Source: an uncultured delta proteobacterium (GTDB lineage: Bacteria > Desulfobacterota > Desulfobacteria > Desulfobacterales > SG8-13). Taken from it: 64,000 bases of DNA. Positions within the stretch are counted from its first letter, which is position 1. Each line of letters begins with the position of its first letter. Below are positions 19,262 through 29,900 of this stretch, piece by piece. The translations under genes and the position numbers were made by a program. The DNA is taken from the NCBI GenBank assembly GCA_963779885.1, contig CAWAAN010000017.1:18649-82648 (forward strand), read 5' to 3'. Under the pieces are notes generated by a model. That model saw nothing but the letters and a program-made list of their open reading frames with translations, was not told where the DNA came from and ran no database searches.

Positions 19262-20422
19262 ATGTTTGACGTGGTCATCATCGGCGGCGGGATCATGGGC
19301 AGCGCGGCCGCCTTCAACCTGCTGAAAATGGACAACGGGTTGTCGGTCGCGGTGGTCGAACGGGACCCGGCGTATACCCGCGCCTCGACCACCCTTTCCC
19401 TGAGCAATGCCCGCATCCAGTTCAGCCTCCGGGAAAATATCGAAATATCCCAATACGCCCTGGCGATGCTGGAGCGTTTCGCGGCGGAGATGGCCGTGGG
19501 CGACAGCGTCCCGCAGGTGGCATTGCGGCGCGAAGGCAACCTTTTCCTGGTATCTGCGGACGGACGCGCGGCGGCCGAGGCGGCTTTTGACCTGCAGCGG
19601 TCGCTGGGCGGCCGGGTCGACTGGCTTTCCGCGCCGGAAATAAGCGGGCGCTATCCGCTTTACGATACCGCCGGCCTGGCCGGTGCGACCTTGAGTCCGG
19701 ACGACGGCCACTTCGATGCCTACGCCTTCTTGATGGGCTACAGGTCCAAGGCCCGTTCTATGGGGGCCGCGTATCTGCATGACGAGGTGGTGGCCATCGA
19801 GACATCCCACCGGCGCGTCTCCGGCATTCGATTGAAGTCCGGGCAGAACTTGCAGGCTAATTACGTGATCAACTGCGCCGGCGCCTGGGCGGCCGAGGTG
19901 GTTCGCGGTCTGGACATCGATTTGCCGGTCCGGCCGATCAAGCGCCAGGTGTTCGCCGTAGACACCAAGGTCAAGACCGCCGGGCCGCTGCCGCTGACGG
20001 TGCTGCCCTCCGGTCTTTATTTCCGCAGCGAAACCGGAGGATTGATCCTGGTCGGCAAGTCGCTGGCAGAGGATCCGACCGGCTTCGATTTCTCCTGGGA
20101 CGACAAGCGCTTCACCGAGATTCTGTGGCCCGAGCTGGCTGAGTTCGTCCCGGCCTTCGACACCCTGAAGCTGGTCCGCGGCTGGGCCGGGCTGTACGCG
20201 GTCAATACCCTCGACGGCAATGCCATTCTGGGAGAGTGGCCCGAGATAAAGGGTCTTTTTCTGGCCAACGGTTTTTCCGGTCACGGCCTCCAGCAGGGAC
20301 CCGCCGTCGGCCGCTACCTGGCCGAACTGATCACCGGCCGGCCGCCGAGCCTCGATCTGTCCCGATTGGGTCCCGAGCGCATTCTGGAACGGCGGCCGAT
20401 CAGTGAGAACGGTTTGGTGTAG
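19262..20422 (+). CDS. FAD-dependent oxidoreductase, DAO / sarcosine oxidase beta / FOXRED1-like
   Basis: IIGGGIMG FAD motif, INCAGAWA, WAGLY, GFSGHGLQQGPAVG. Confidence 0.88.
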   Translation: MFDVVIIGGGIMGSAAAFNLLKMDNGLSVAVVERDPAYTRASTTLSLSNARIQFSLRENIEISQYALAMLERFAAEMAVGDSVPQVALRREGNLFLVSADGRAAAEAAFDLQRSLGGRVDWLSAPEISGRYPLYDTAGLAGATLSPDDGHFDAYAFLMGYRSKARSMGAAYLHDEVVAIETSHRRVSGIRLKSGQNLQANYVINCAGAWAAEVVRGLDIDLPVRPIKRQVFAVDTKVKTAGPLPLTVLPSGLYFRSETGGLILVGKSLAEDPTGFDFSWDDKRFTEILWPELAEFVPAFDTLKLVRGWAGLYAVNTLDGNAILGEWPEIKGLFLANGFSGHGLQQGPAVGRYLAELITGRPPSLDLSRLGPERILERRPISENGLV

Positions 20423-20445
20423 GGCGCAAGAATTTTCGCCCCTGC
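20419..20445. repeat. Degenerate GTAG-type REP palindrome overlapping the oxidoreductase stop codon
   Basis: GTAGGGCGCAAGAATTTTCGCCCCTGC resembles 23742-23769. Confidence 0.5.
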
Positions 20446-20502
20446 GGGGCCTAAACTGGTGCGATAAAGAGCATCCCGACAGATGACGTCCGACCGCAAA
20501 TT

Positions 20503-21402
20503 TTGAGTTCCAAAAATTCCGAAACATCCGGCGCGCTGATGGTGTCGGCCGGTGCCGTACTGATCAGTTTTTCGGCCGTGTTCGTCAAGTTGGCCCACGT
20601 CAGCCCCACCATGGCCGGGTTCTACCGGACCTTCTTCGGCGGCATCATCCTGCTGGTCATCCTGGTCATCAGAAGAGAAGCGCTCTGGAAAGGGGCTTTT
20701 TTTCTGACTCTCGGCGTCTTCTGCGGCGTCGTTTTCGCGCTCGATCTGTTTTTCTGGCACCTGTCCATCCACTTTGTCGGACCCGGCCTGGCCACCATTC
20801 TGGCCAACTTTCAGGTATTTCTGCTGGCCCTTTACGGGGTTTTGGTCCTGAAAGAACCGGTCAATTGGCGCACCGTGCTGGCGATACCCCTCGCGGTTTT
20901 CGGCCTTTTTCTCCTGGCCGGCGTTCACTGGCGCCAGCTGGGGGAAATTTACCGGCTGGGGGTGGTGTCGGGACTGGCGACCGCCGGTTGTTATGCCGTT
21001 TACATCCTGGCGCTGCGCCGGCTGCAGTCCGAAAAAAACGCCCCCTCCGCCATGGCGAACCTGGCGGTCATCTCACTGGTTTCCGCCCTTATCCTGGGCG
21101 CGGCAGCCTGGCTGCGAGCCGATCGATTTACCATTCCGGACACCCAGAGCCTCTTGTCGCTGGCCGGCTATGGCCTCTTCAGCCAGGTCATCGGCTGGGT
21201 CCTGATCACAAGGGGCCTGACCCGCCTCCGGTCTTCCCTCGTCGGCCTGCTGATCCTCCTGCAGCCGGCCCTTTCATTCACGTGGGACATCCTTTTTTTT
21301 CATAGAGAAACCGACCTTTACGGGGCCTGCGGTGCGATGCTCGCCCTGACCGCCATCTACCTGGGAACCACGGCCGGGGCCCGCAAAAAGACCGCTTCCT
21401 AA
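20503..21402 (+). CDS. DMT/EamA family transporter
   Basis: About 10 hydrophobic segments in two EamA-like halves. Confidence 0.88.
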   Translation: MSSKNSETSGALMVSAGAVLISFSAVFVKLAHVSPTMAGFYRTFFGGIILLVILVIRREALWKGAFFLTLGVFCGVVFALDLFFWHLSIHFVGPGLATILANFQVFLLALYGVLVLKEPVNWRTVLAIPLAVFGLFLLAGVHWRQLGEIYRLGVVSGLATAGCYAVYILALRRLQSEKNAPSAMANLAVISLVSALILGAAAWLRADRFTIPDTQSLLSLAGYGLFSQVIGWVLITRGLTRLRSSLVGLLILLQPALSFTWDILFFHRETDLYGACGAMLALTAIYLGTTAGARKKTAS

Positions 21403-21412
21403 ATGAATCGAA

Positions 21413-21490
21413 TTTAGATTCTTAACATTTTTGGCGGGATTGACAACCGACTAAATCGGTTGACAGCATTCAGAATCTAATTGTATATGA
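21413..21490 (+). promoter_or_regulatory. Putative promoter/operator region of the livGKHMF-putA block
   Basis: CAACCGA-N5-TCGGTTG palindrome (21444-21462) overlapping two TTGACA hexamers, flanked by the TTAGATTCT / AGAATCTAA inverted repeat. Confidence 0.45.
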
Positions 21491-21587
21491 ATTAATTACA
21501 GGCAAACAGTATGAGGTGATTCTTTTTTCCGGTCTATTTCAAGACCGTGCTTCCCGGGGGTATTTCCCGGCCGGATCAGATGGCTTA

Positions 21588-22355
21588 ATGAGTGAATTGG
21601 TACTTGAAAACGTGGCCAAGAATTTCGGCGGCCTGAAAGCCGTCGATCGTCTGGACCTGACGTTGGAAAAGGGAGAGATTCTGGGTCTCATCGGGCCTAA
21701 CGGCGCCGGGAAAACCACCGTTTTCAACCTGATAACAGGAGTGTATACACCCAATAGCGGTAAGGTGCTGTACCGGAACCGGAGAATCAGCGGCCTCAAA
21801 CCTCACGCCATCGTGGCGGCCGGTATTGCGCGCACCTTTCAGAATATCCGCCTCTTCAAAGCCATGACGGTGCTCGAAAACGTGCTGGCCGGCTTGCACT
21901 GCCGCACCAAGGCCAATATCGTCGATGCCATCTTTCAGACGCGGGCCCAGGCGGCGGAAGAACGGTCAAGCCGCGATAAAGCCGCGGACATCCTCGATTT
22001 CCTGAAGCTGTACGAATGGCGCTACGAAATGGCGGCCAATCTTTCCTACGGCTCTCAGCGCCGGCTTGAAATCGCCCGCGCGCTCGCGACCGACCCGGGC
22101 ACGATTCTTCTCGACGAACCGGCGGCCGGCATGAATCCGAACGAGTCCGTTGTATTGATGCGCCTGATCGAATCGATCCTCGCGCGCGGCATCAATATTT
22201 TGCTGGTGGAGCACGACATGCGCGTCATCATGGGCATATGCCACCGCATCGTCGTGCTCGATTACGGCCGTAAGATCGCCGAGGGCACGCCGGCCGAAAT
22301 CCGCCGGGACCCGCAAGTCATCGAAGCCTATCTGGGCAAGCAGGCCGGGGCCTGA
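21588..22355 (+). CDS. livG: HAAT-family ABC transporter ATP-binding protein (LivG-like)
   Basis: GPNGAGKT, ARTFQNIRLF, LSYGSQRRLEIARAL, LLDEPAAG. Confidence 0.92.
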   Translation: MSELVLENVAKNFGGLKAVDRLDLTLEKGEILGLIGPNGAGKTTVFNLITGVYTPNSGKVLYRNRRISGLKPHAIVAAGIARTFQNIRLFKAMTVLENVLAGLHCRTKANIVDAIFQTRAQAAEERSSRDKAADILDFLKLYEWRYEMAANLSYGSQRRLEIARALATDPGTILLDEPAAGMNPNESVVLMRLIESILARGINILLVEHDMRVIMGICHRIVVLDYGRKIAEGTPAEIRRDPQVIEAYLGKQAGA

Positions 22356-22437
22356 GCCCGGGGGCCTTACGGGGCGTTGAGGATATTTCAACTCCCCCAC
22401 TTTCATGGGTTTCAACTCACCATCAAGGAGGTAGAAA

Positions 22438-23550
22438 ATGAGATCGGTTAAAATTTTACTGGTACTGATGCTGGCCGTCGGGTTGATGTTATCGCCATGT
22501 GTGGCCATGGCCAAAACGCTTAAGATCGGATCCTTGAGCCCGCTGACGGGTCAATATGCCGCCGACGGAAACGATATCCGCCAGGGGGTCGAGACGGCCA
22601 TCGCCATGTGGGAAGCCAAGGGTGGCGTGCCGGGATTCGACAAAATCGAATACCTTCCCCAGGATTCGGCCTGCGACGGCAAACAGGCCGTTTCGGCCGC
22701 CAACAAACTGGCCAACCTGGACGTCGCGGGCGTTGTCGGCGCCTATTGTTCTTCGGCCACCATTCCGGCCTCCGATGTTCTCAATGATGCCAAGATCGTC
22801 ATGCTCACCCCGGCCTCCACCAACGAAAAGGTCACCGAGCGCGGGTACAAGTACATGTTCAGGGTCTGCGGCCGGGACGACGACCAGTCGGAAGCCGCCG
22901 CCCGGTTCCTGATCGACGACCTGAAGATCAAGACCATCGCCATCGTGGACGACAAAACCACCTACACCCAGGGCCTGGCCGACAATCTGGAAAAGGCGTT
23001 GGGCGACAAGGTGAAAGTGGTGGCCCGCGAACACATCAATCAGGGTGACAAGGATTTTTCGGGCATTTTGACCAAGATCAAGGCCGCCAACCCGGATGTG
23101 CTCTACATGAGCCTTTACAATCCGGAAGGCAACTTGATGGCCATCCAGGCCAAACGCCTGGGACTGGACGCCACGCTGATGTCCGAAGATGCGGTCTATC
23201 ACCCGAACTACCTCGAGATCGCCAAGGAAGCCGGCGAGGGAACTTACTTCACCTTCGGCCAGCCGCCTTCAGGCGACATCCCCGAGGTCACGGCCTTCAT
23301 GGACGCCTACACCAAGAAATACGGTCAACCGGGCTCCTATTCATCCTATGCCTACGATGCGGCCAACATCCTGCTGGGGGCCATCGCCAAGGTCGGCACC
23401 GGCGATCCGGACAAACTGGCCGCTGCCATCCGGGCGACCCAGATGCAGGGCGCTTCCAAGAAAATCAGTTTCGATGACAAGGGCGACAGCGGCTCCACCT
23501 ATCAGGTCCTGGTCGTCAAGGACGGTAAATTCGTTCCGTACGACAAATAA
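22438..23550 (+). CDS. HAAT-family ABC transporter substrate-binding protein (LivJ/LivK-like)
   Basis: Signal peptide, DSACD..AVSAANKL, GAYCSSAT, FRVCGRDD, YAYDA; AGGAGG RBS. Confidence 0.92.
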   Translation: MRSVKILLVLMLAVGLMLSPCVAMAKTLKIGSLSPLTGQYAADGNDIRQGVETAIAMWEAKGGVPGFDKIEYLPQDSACDGKQAVSAANKLANLDVAGVVGAYCSSATIPASDVLNDAKIVMLTPASTNEKVTERGYKYMFRVCGRDDDQSEAAARFLIDDLKIKTIAIVDDKTTYTQGLADNLEKALGDKVKVVAREHINQGDKDFSGILTKIKAANPDVLYMSLYNPEGNLMAIQAKRLGLDATLMSEDAVYHPNYLEIAKEAGEGTYFTFGQPPSGDIPEVTAFMDAYTKKYGQPGSYSSYAYDAANILLGAIAKVGTGDPDKLAAAIRATQMQGASKKISFDDKGDSGSTYQVLVVKDGKFVPYDK

Positions 23551-23559
23551 ACCCATTGA

Positions 23560-24110
23560 TCCGGCAAAACCGCTGAGGTTAACACTTAACCACCGCGACG
23601 ATTAAAATTCTATTCGTGGGGTAAACGGTTGAGTCAGTTAGGTCGGTTTGGTCAGTTTGGTCGGTTTTATTGGTTTAACGTCAAAGCGCCACACTACCAT
23701 AAGATGACGCTCCGGAGCCTGGATGAGCGGGTGATTGTCTCGTAGGGGCGAAAAATCTTTCGCCTTTACCGGAATCTTGGACCGCACCCGATGCAAATGC
23801 CGCTTTAGTAGGGGCACGGCGTGCCGTGCCCCTCCGGAACCATTGATTTCGCAGGTTGAGGTGAGTGGAAACAACTCCCGAGAATGATGCGGTGTGATGG
23901 AACGATGGAACGTTGGACTCATTTTCCCACACAATTTTCATCGTTCCATCCTTCCAAATTTCCATCATTCGATCGGGATTTAAGGAGTTCTTAACGATGT
24001 GGGGTTTCGCTGCGCTCAACCCAACGAGTTAAACCCCTTTTGAATCCGCAACCTTCTCTCTGTTTCATAATTAAAGGCTTAATTCGACCGCCATCCGGCC
24101 GATAGGCCTG
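23560..24110. repeat. Intergenic mosaic of several REP-like repeats
   Basis: GTAGGGGCGAAAAATCTTTCGCCTTTAC (23742-23769), GTAGGGGCACGGCGTGCCGTGCCCCTCC (23808-23835), TGGAACGATGGAA / TTCCATC tracts (about 23897-23970), GGGTTTCGCTGCGCTCAACCCAAC (about 24002-24025), TTGGTC tract (about 23640-23677). Confidence 0.75.
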
Positions 24111-24132
24111 TATCGCTTTTCGGGAGACGCTC

Positions 24133-25044
24133 GTGGAGGTTTTCTTCCAGCAGGTCATCAACGGACTCACCCTGGGGTCGATATATGCTCTGATCGCCCT
24201 CGGGTACACGATGGTTTACGGTATCATCCAGTTGATCAACTTCGCGCACGGGGAAATCTTCGCTGCCGGGGGCTACATCGGCGTCATTGTGCTCTCCTTC
24301 ATGCAGGCCCGTGGCGTTCTGGACAGCCACCCCTTCCTCGGGCTGTTGTTGGCCTTCGTTTTGGCGATGATATATTGCGCCTTCCTGGCGGTGGCGGTCG
24401 AAACCCTCGCCTACCGTCCCCTGCGACGGGCCAGCCGGCTTTCCCTGCTGCTCTCGGCGCTGGGGATGTCGATTTTTTTATCCAACGGCATGATGCTCTC
24501 GCAGGGCGTCTACGACAAGGCCTACCCTCTTTTTTTCACCTCCGGCGGATTTGAAGTCGGCGGGGTCATCGTCACCAGCATGCAGATCTTTATCATCATC
24601 GGCTCGGTGCTGCTCATGGTCGGCTTGAACCTGTTCGTCAACCGGACCCGGTTGGGCAAAGCCATGCGGTCAACGGCTCAGGATCGGGTCATGAGCGCGA
24701 TTCTCGGCATCAACGCCAACAAGACCATCGTGACCACATTTATCATCGGGGCCGTGCTGGCGGCGGCGGCCGGGGTCATGGTCGGTCTCTATTACGGATC
24801 GGTCCGTTACGACATGGGGTTCATCCCGGGCATCAAGGCTTTTTCGGCGGCCGTGCTCGGCGGCATCGGCAACCTCACCGGCGCCATGCTGGGCGGGATG
24901 ATCATCGGCATGGTCGAAATCTTTGCCGCCGGGTACCTGGCCAGCGAATACAAGGACGTTTTCGCCTTTATCATCCTGATTCTGGTGCTGTATTTCAGAC
25001 CCACCGGCATCATGGGTGAACAGGTGGATGATACCAGGGTGTAG
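24133..25044 (+). CDS. livH: HAAT-family ABC transporter permease (LivH-like)
   Basis: QQVINGLTLGSIYALIALGYTMVYGIIQLINFAHGE, KAFSAAVLGGIG. Confidence 0.93.
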   Translation: MEVFFQQVINGLTLGSIYALIALGYTMVYGIIQLINFAHGEIFAAGGYIGVIVLSFMQARGVLDSHPFLGLLLAFVLAMIYCAFLAVAVETLAYRPLRRASRLSLLLSALGMSIFLSNGMMLSQGVYDKAYPLFFTSGGFEVGGVIVTSMQIFIIIGSVLLMVGLNLFVNRTRLGKAMRSTAQDRVMSAILGINANKTIVTTFIIGAVLAAAAGVMVGLYYGSVRYDMGFIPGIKAFSAAVLGGIGNLTGAMLGGMIIGMVEIFAAGYLASEYKDVFAFIILILVLYFRPTGIMGEQVDDTRV

Positions 25045-25045
25045 T

Positions 25046-26254
25046 ATGTCACCGAGGCCACTGCTGAAATATGTGATTGTCTTAGTCTGGGCGTTTATTC
25101 TTCTGTTTCCGATGCTGGGCATCGAGGAGGGTCGGTTCGTCTGGGAGCGGGTGCTCAAAGTAATGGCGGTCATTGCCGCGGTCGGGATTTTGGTGCTGAT
25201 CTACCACTATTTCCTGAAAGGGCTCTCGCTCGCCCCCCGCCGGTTCGAGGCGGTCGCCCGCTACCGGCCCCCGCCGAAGCTGCTGACCGGCCTGGTGGCG
25301 GTGGGCGTGCTGGTTCTGCCCTGGATCGCCGATAATTACGGACGCGATATCGCCATCAATGTGCTGATTTACGTCTCCTTGGGCCTGGGCTTGAACATCG
25401 TCGTCGGCCTGGCCGGCCTGCTCGATCTGGGGTACATCGCTTTTTACGCCGTCGGGGCCTATACCTACGCCCTGCTGAACACCAATTTCGGGGTTCCCTT
25501 CTGGTTGGCACTGCCGGCCGGATCGGTTATCAGCGCGGGGGTCGGCGCCTTCATCGGCTATCCCACCCTGAAAATGCGCGGCGATTACCTGGCCATCGTC
25601 ACGCTCGGCTTCGGTGAAATCATCCGCATCGTGCTGAACAACTGGGACTCGCTGACCAACGGGCCCAATGGGATCCTCGGCATCAAGGCGCCGGGGCTGT
25701 TCTACCCCGTCGTTCAAAACGGCAGCCTCGAATTCGCCCACATTTACCTGAAAAACCTCGTCTGGCTGTATTACCTGATTTTGGCCATTGCACTGCTGAT
25801 CATGCTGGCCGTCCACCGGCTGAACCATTCCCGCATCGGGCGAGCCTGGATGGCGGTCAGGGAGGATGAAACCGCGGCCGAGTTGACCGGCATCCACACG
25901 ACCCGCATGAAACTCTACGCCTACATGCTGGGCGCCATCTTCGCCGGTTTTGCCGGTGCATTTTTCGCCGCCAAGGTGCGCTACGTCAACCCGAGTTCGT
26001 TTATTTTCCTGGAGTCCGCGCTGGTGCTCTGCATTGTGGTCCTGGGCGGTATGGGATCGATTCCCGGAATCATTATCGGTGCGGTGGCGATCATCGTCCT
26101 GCCGGAATTGTTCAGGGGGCTGGCACTTTACCGCATGGCGGCCTTCGGCGGCGCCATGACCGCGATGATGGTGTTTCGCCCCGAGGGGCTTCTGCCGGCC
26201 AAGCGGAAAGTGCACGAGGTCGAAGTCGAACGAGAAATCGCGGACGTACCGTGA
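25046..26254 (+). CDS. livM: HAAT-family ABC transporter permease (LivM-like)
   Basis: GLGLNIVVGLAGLLDLGY, RGDYLAIVTLGFGEI, VVLGGMGS. Confidence 0.93.
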   Translation: MSPRPLLKYVIVLVWAFILLFPMLGIEEGRFVWERVLKVMAVIAAVGILVLIYHYFLKGLSLAPRRFEAVARYRPPPKLLTGLVAVGVLVLPWIADNYGRDIAINVLIYVSLGLGLNIVVGLAGLLDLGYIAFYAVGAYTYALLNTNFGVPFWLALPAGSVISAGVGAFIGYPTLKMRGDYLAIVTLGFGEIIRIVLNNWDSLTNGPNGILGIKAPGLFYPVVQNGSLEFAHIYLKNLVWLYYLILAIALLIMLAVHRLNHSRIGRAWMAVREDETAAELTGIHTTRMKLYAYMLGAIFAGFAGAFFAAKVRYVNPSSFIFLESALVLCIVVLGGMGSIPGIIIGAVAIIVLPELFRGLALYRMAAFGGAMTAMMVFRPEGLLPAKRKVHEVEVEREIADVP

Positions 26255-26270
26255 GGCGAGGACCGCAGAC

Positions 26271-26978
26271 ATGCTGAGCATCGAAAATATCCACACCTAT
26301 TACGGGCACATACACGCCTTGAAGGGCATCAGCCTCGAGGTCAGGGAAAAGGAAATCGTCTGCCTGATCGGCTCCAACGGCGCCGGCAAATCGACGACGC
26401 TGATGACTGTCAACGGCATTCTGCACCCCGCCGAGGGGCGCATTCTTTTCCTCGGTCAGGACATCACGATGCTGCCGGCCGATAAGATCGCCGGTTTGGG
26501 GATCACCCAGGTCCCGGAGGGCCGCCGGATATTGCCACGCCTCAGCGTGCAGGACAATCTCGAGATGGGGGCTTTTTTGATCCGGGACAAGAAAGCGATC
26601 CGGCAAAACCGCGACGAGGTCTATGACATGTTTCCGCTGCTCGCGAAACGCTGCAAGCAGCAGGGCGGCACCCTTTCGGGCGGCGAACAGCAGATGCTGG
26701 CCATCGGCCGGGCCCTGATGTCCAAACCCAAGCTGCTGCTGCTGGACGAACCCTCGCTCGGCCTGGCACCGCTGATCGTGGAAAAAATCTTCGCTATCAT
26801 CCGGCAGATCAATACCTCAGGCACAACCATCTTTTTGGTCGAGCAGAATGCCAACATGGCCCTGAGTATTTCCGGAAACGCCTATGTCATGGAATCGGGT
26901 CTGATCACCCTCAAGGGCGCCGCAAAAGATTTGGCGCAGGACGAGGCCATCCGCAAAGCCTATCTCGGGGAGGACTGA
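26271..26978 (+). CDS. livF: HAAT-family ABC transporter ATP-binding protein (LivF-like)
   Basis: GSNGAGKST, VPEGRR, LSGGEQQMLAIGRAL, LDEPSLGLAP. Confidence 0.93.
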   Translation: MLSIENIHTYYGHIHALKGISLEVREKEIVCLIGSNGAGKSTTLMTVNGILHPAEGRILFLGQDITMLPADKIAGLGITQVPEGRRILPRLSVQDNLEMGAFLIRDKKAIRQNRDEVYDMFPLLAKRCKQQGGTLSGGEQQMLAIGRALMSKPKLLLLDEPSLGLAPLIVEKIFAIIRQINTSGTTIFLVEQNANMALSISGNAYVMESGLITLKGAAKDLAQDEAIRKAYLGED

Positions 26979-29900
26979 ATGGATCGAGAGCATTTGTCCT
27001 TACTCGGCGCACAGGCCGTTACGACCGCCGAGAGGTGGCAAAATCGCGCCAACGAGCTGCTGACCGAAGAGGAAAAAGGCATTCAGGAGCAGATGCAGCG
27101 GCTGCTGTCGCATCCGATGGACAAAGTCGCTCTGACCCGGATGATCGATCAGAGTTTCCGGTCCCACAACCCGGCGCGGGTGGCGGATCAGATCAACAGC
27201 CTCCTGCGCCGCTACGGCGTTCCGGACTTTTTCCCGAAATTCGACCGACTGCTGGTGCAGATGTTTCTGGGCCTCGGCCGGCACTTCCCGGCGCTGACCA
27301 TCCCGAAGATGATCGAAAAGATGCGTCATAACAGCAGTCGCGCGATCATCGCCGGGGAACCCGAAGCACTGCATGCGCACCTGCGCAAACGCAAGCGCCA
27401 GGGCGTGCGCATGAACGTCAACCATCTGGGTGAAGCCGTGCTGGGTGAGGGCGAGGCCCGCCGCCGCCTGGAAACCTACAGCGCCGATCTCGAAGACCCC
27501 GACATCGAGTACATTTCCGTTAAAATCTCGACGATTTATTCTCAGATCCAATCCCTGGCCTTCGAGCACAGCGTTGCGGTGCTGGTCGAGCGGCTGTCGC
27601 GGCTTTACCGGTCAGCAGCCGGCCACTTCTTCGAACGCGCCGACGGCACCCGCATCCCCAAGTTCGTCAACCTGGACATGGAAGAATACCGCGACATGGA
27701 GATTACCGTCGCGGCGTTCAAGCGGTCACTCGAACAGCCTGAATTTAAGACCCATTCGGCCGGCATCGTCCTGCAGGCCTACATACCGGACGCCTACGCC
27801 ATTCAGCGCGACCTTACCGCCTGGGCCCGTGATCGCGTGGCGGCCGGCGGCGCTCCGATCAAGATCAGGATCGTCAAGGGCGCCAACATGGAGATGGAGC
27901 AGCTGGAGTCCGCCATCTTCAATTGGCCCCTGGCGCCCTACGACAACAAACTCGATGTCGATGCCAACTACAAGCGCATGATCGCCTACGGCATGCAACC
28001 GGAAAACATCCGGGCGGTCAAGCTCGGTATCGCCTCGCACAATCTGTTCGAGCTGGCCTTTGCCCATGCGCTGGGGCAGCATTACCGGATCGGCGAGGAT
28101 TTTTATTTCGAGATGCTCGAAGGCATGGCGGATCACGTGCGCCGGGCACTGTGCGAAACCGCCGGGGATGTGCTGCTGTATGCGCCCGTTGCGACCAAAG
28201 ACGAATTTATCAATGCCATCGCCTACCTCATCCGGCGACTGGACGAAAACACCGCGCCGGAGAATTTTCTGCGCTATGCCCCCAACCTGTCGCCCACCTC
28301 GGAAGCCTGGGTGTTTCTGCGGGATCACTTCCGGGCATCGATAGAGCGCATGGCGTCGGTCGGCAGCACCCCGCACCGCACCCAGGACCGCAACCGGGAA
28401 AAATTTCCGGAAAAAATGGGGACGTATGACACCGACGAGTTCACCAACGAACCGGACACGGACTGGTCCCAGGCGGCCAACCGCCAGTGGGCCGGCGCGA
28501 TTCGGGACCGATGGCGCGCTAAAACCGCCAACGGGCCGCTGCAGATTCCGCTGGTCATCGACGGTCAGGAGGTTTACGCGGACCGCACGACGCGCGAGAT
28601 CACCGATATTTCCCGTTTCGGCGACAGCCCGGTCCTTGCCCGTTTCGCCCTGGCCACCGCGGCGGACGTCAAAAACGCGGTCGCCGCAGCCAAGGCCGAC
28701 CCGGACCAGTGGCGCCAAAAATCCCTGCCGCAGCGCCACGAGGTCCTCTCGGCGGTGGCCATGGCCCTTCGGCAGGCACGCGGGGATTTGATCGGCGCGG
28801 CCGCTGTCAATACCGGCAAAGTTTTTACGGAGGCCGACGTCGAGGTATCCGAAGCCGTCGATTTCGCCGAATATTATCCGTTTTCGGCCAAAATTTTCAG
28901 TGAACGGCCCAATGTCATCGCCCGCGGCAAGGGGGTCGGGTGCATCATCTCGCCCTGGAATTTTCCGATCGCGATTCCCTGCGGCGGGGTGGCAGCCGCC
29001 CTGGCCGCCGGCAACACGGTCATCTTCAAGCCCTCATCCGATGCGGTCCTGGTGGCCTGGCACCTGTGCCAGTGCTTCTGGCAGGCTGGCGTCTCGCGCC
29101 GGAGCCTGCAGTTTTTACCCTGTTCCGGCGGCAGCACCGGCGTGAAACTGATCAGCCACCCGGATGTGGATTTCGTCATTCTCACGGGCGGAACGCAAAC
29201 GGGCCTCGACATGCTCGCGGCCCGGCCGGATCTATACCTGTCGGCCGAAACCGGCGGCAAGAATGCCACGATCGTCACGGCCATGTCCGATCGTGATCAG
29301 GCGATCAAAAACGTGCTTCATTCAGCCTTCAGCAACTGCGGGCAGAAATGTTCCGCGACCTCCCTGCTGATTCTCGAAAAAGAGGTCTACCTCGACCCTA
29401 ATTTCAAGCGGCAGCTGGTGGATGCCGCCGCGAGCCTCCCGGTGGGATCGGCGTGGGATTTCCAAAACAAAATGGGGCCCCTGATCCGACCCCCGACGGG
29501 CGCTCTGAAACGCGGTCTCGAAAGCCTCGAGCCCGGCGAAAGCTGGGCCCTGAAACCGCGCCCCATCGACGGCAACCCCGCCTTGTGGACCCCCGGGATC
29601 AAATGGAATGTCCAGCCAGGATCGTTTACGCACACGACCGAGCTTTTCGGGCCGGTCCTGGGCGTGATGTGCGCCGAAAACCTGGATCAAGCCATCGACC
29701 TCGTCAACGCGACCGGCTACGGCCTGACTTCCGGGCTGGAAAGCCTCGACCGGCGTGAACAGGAAACATGGAAAGAGCGCGTCCGGGCCGGCAACCTGTA
29801 TGTCAATCGCGGAACGACCGGCGCCGTCACCCTGCGCCAGCCCTTCGGCGGAATGGGCCAATCGGCCCTGGGAGCCGCCATCAAGGCCGGGTCACCGAAT

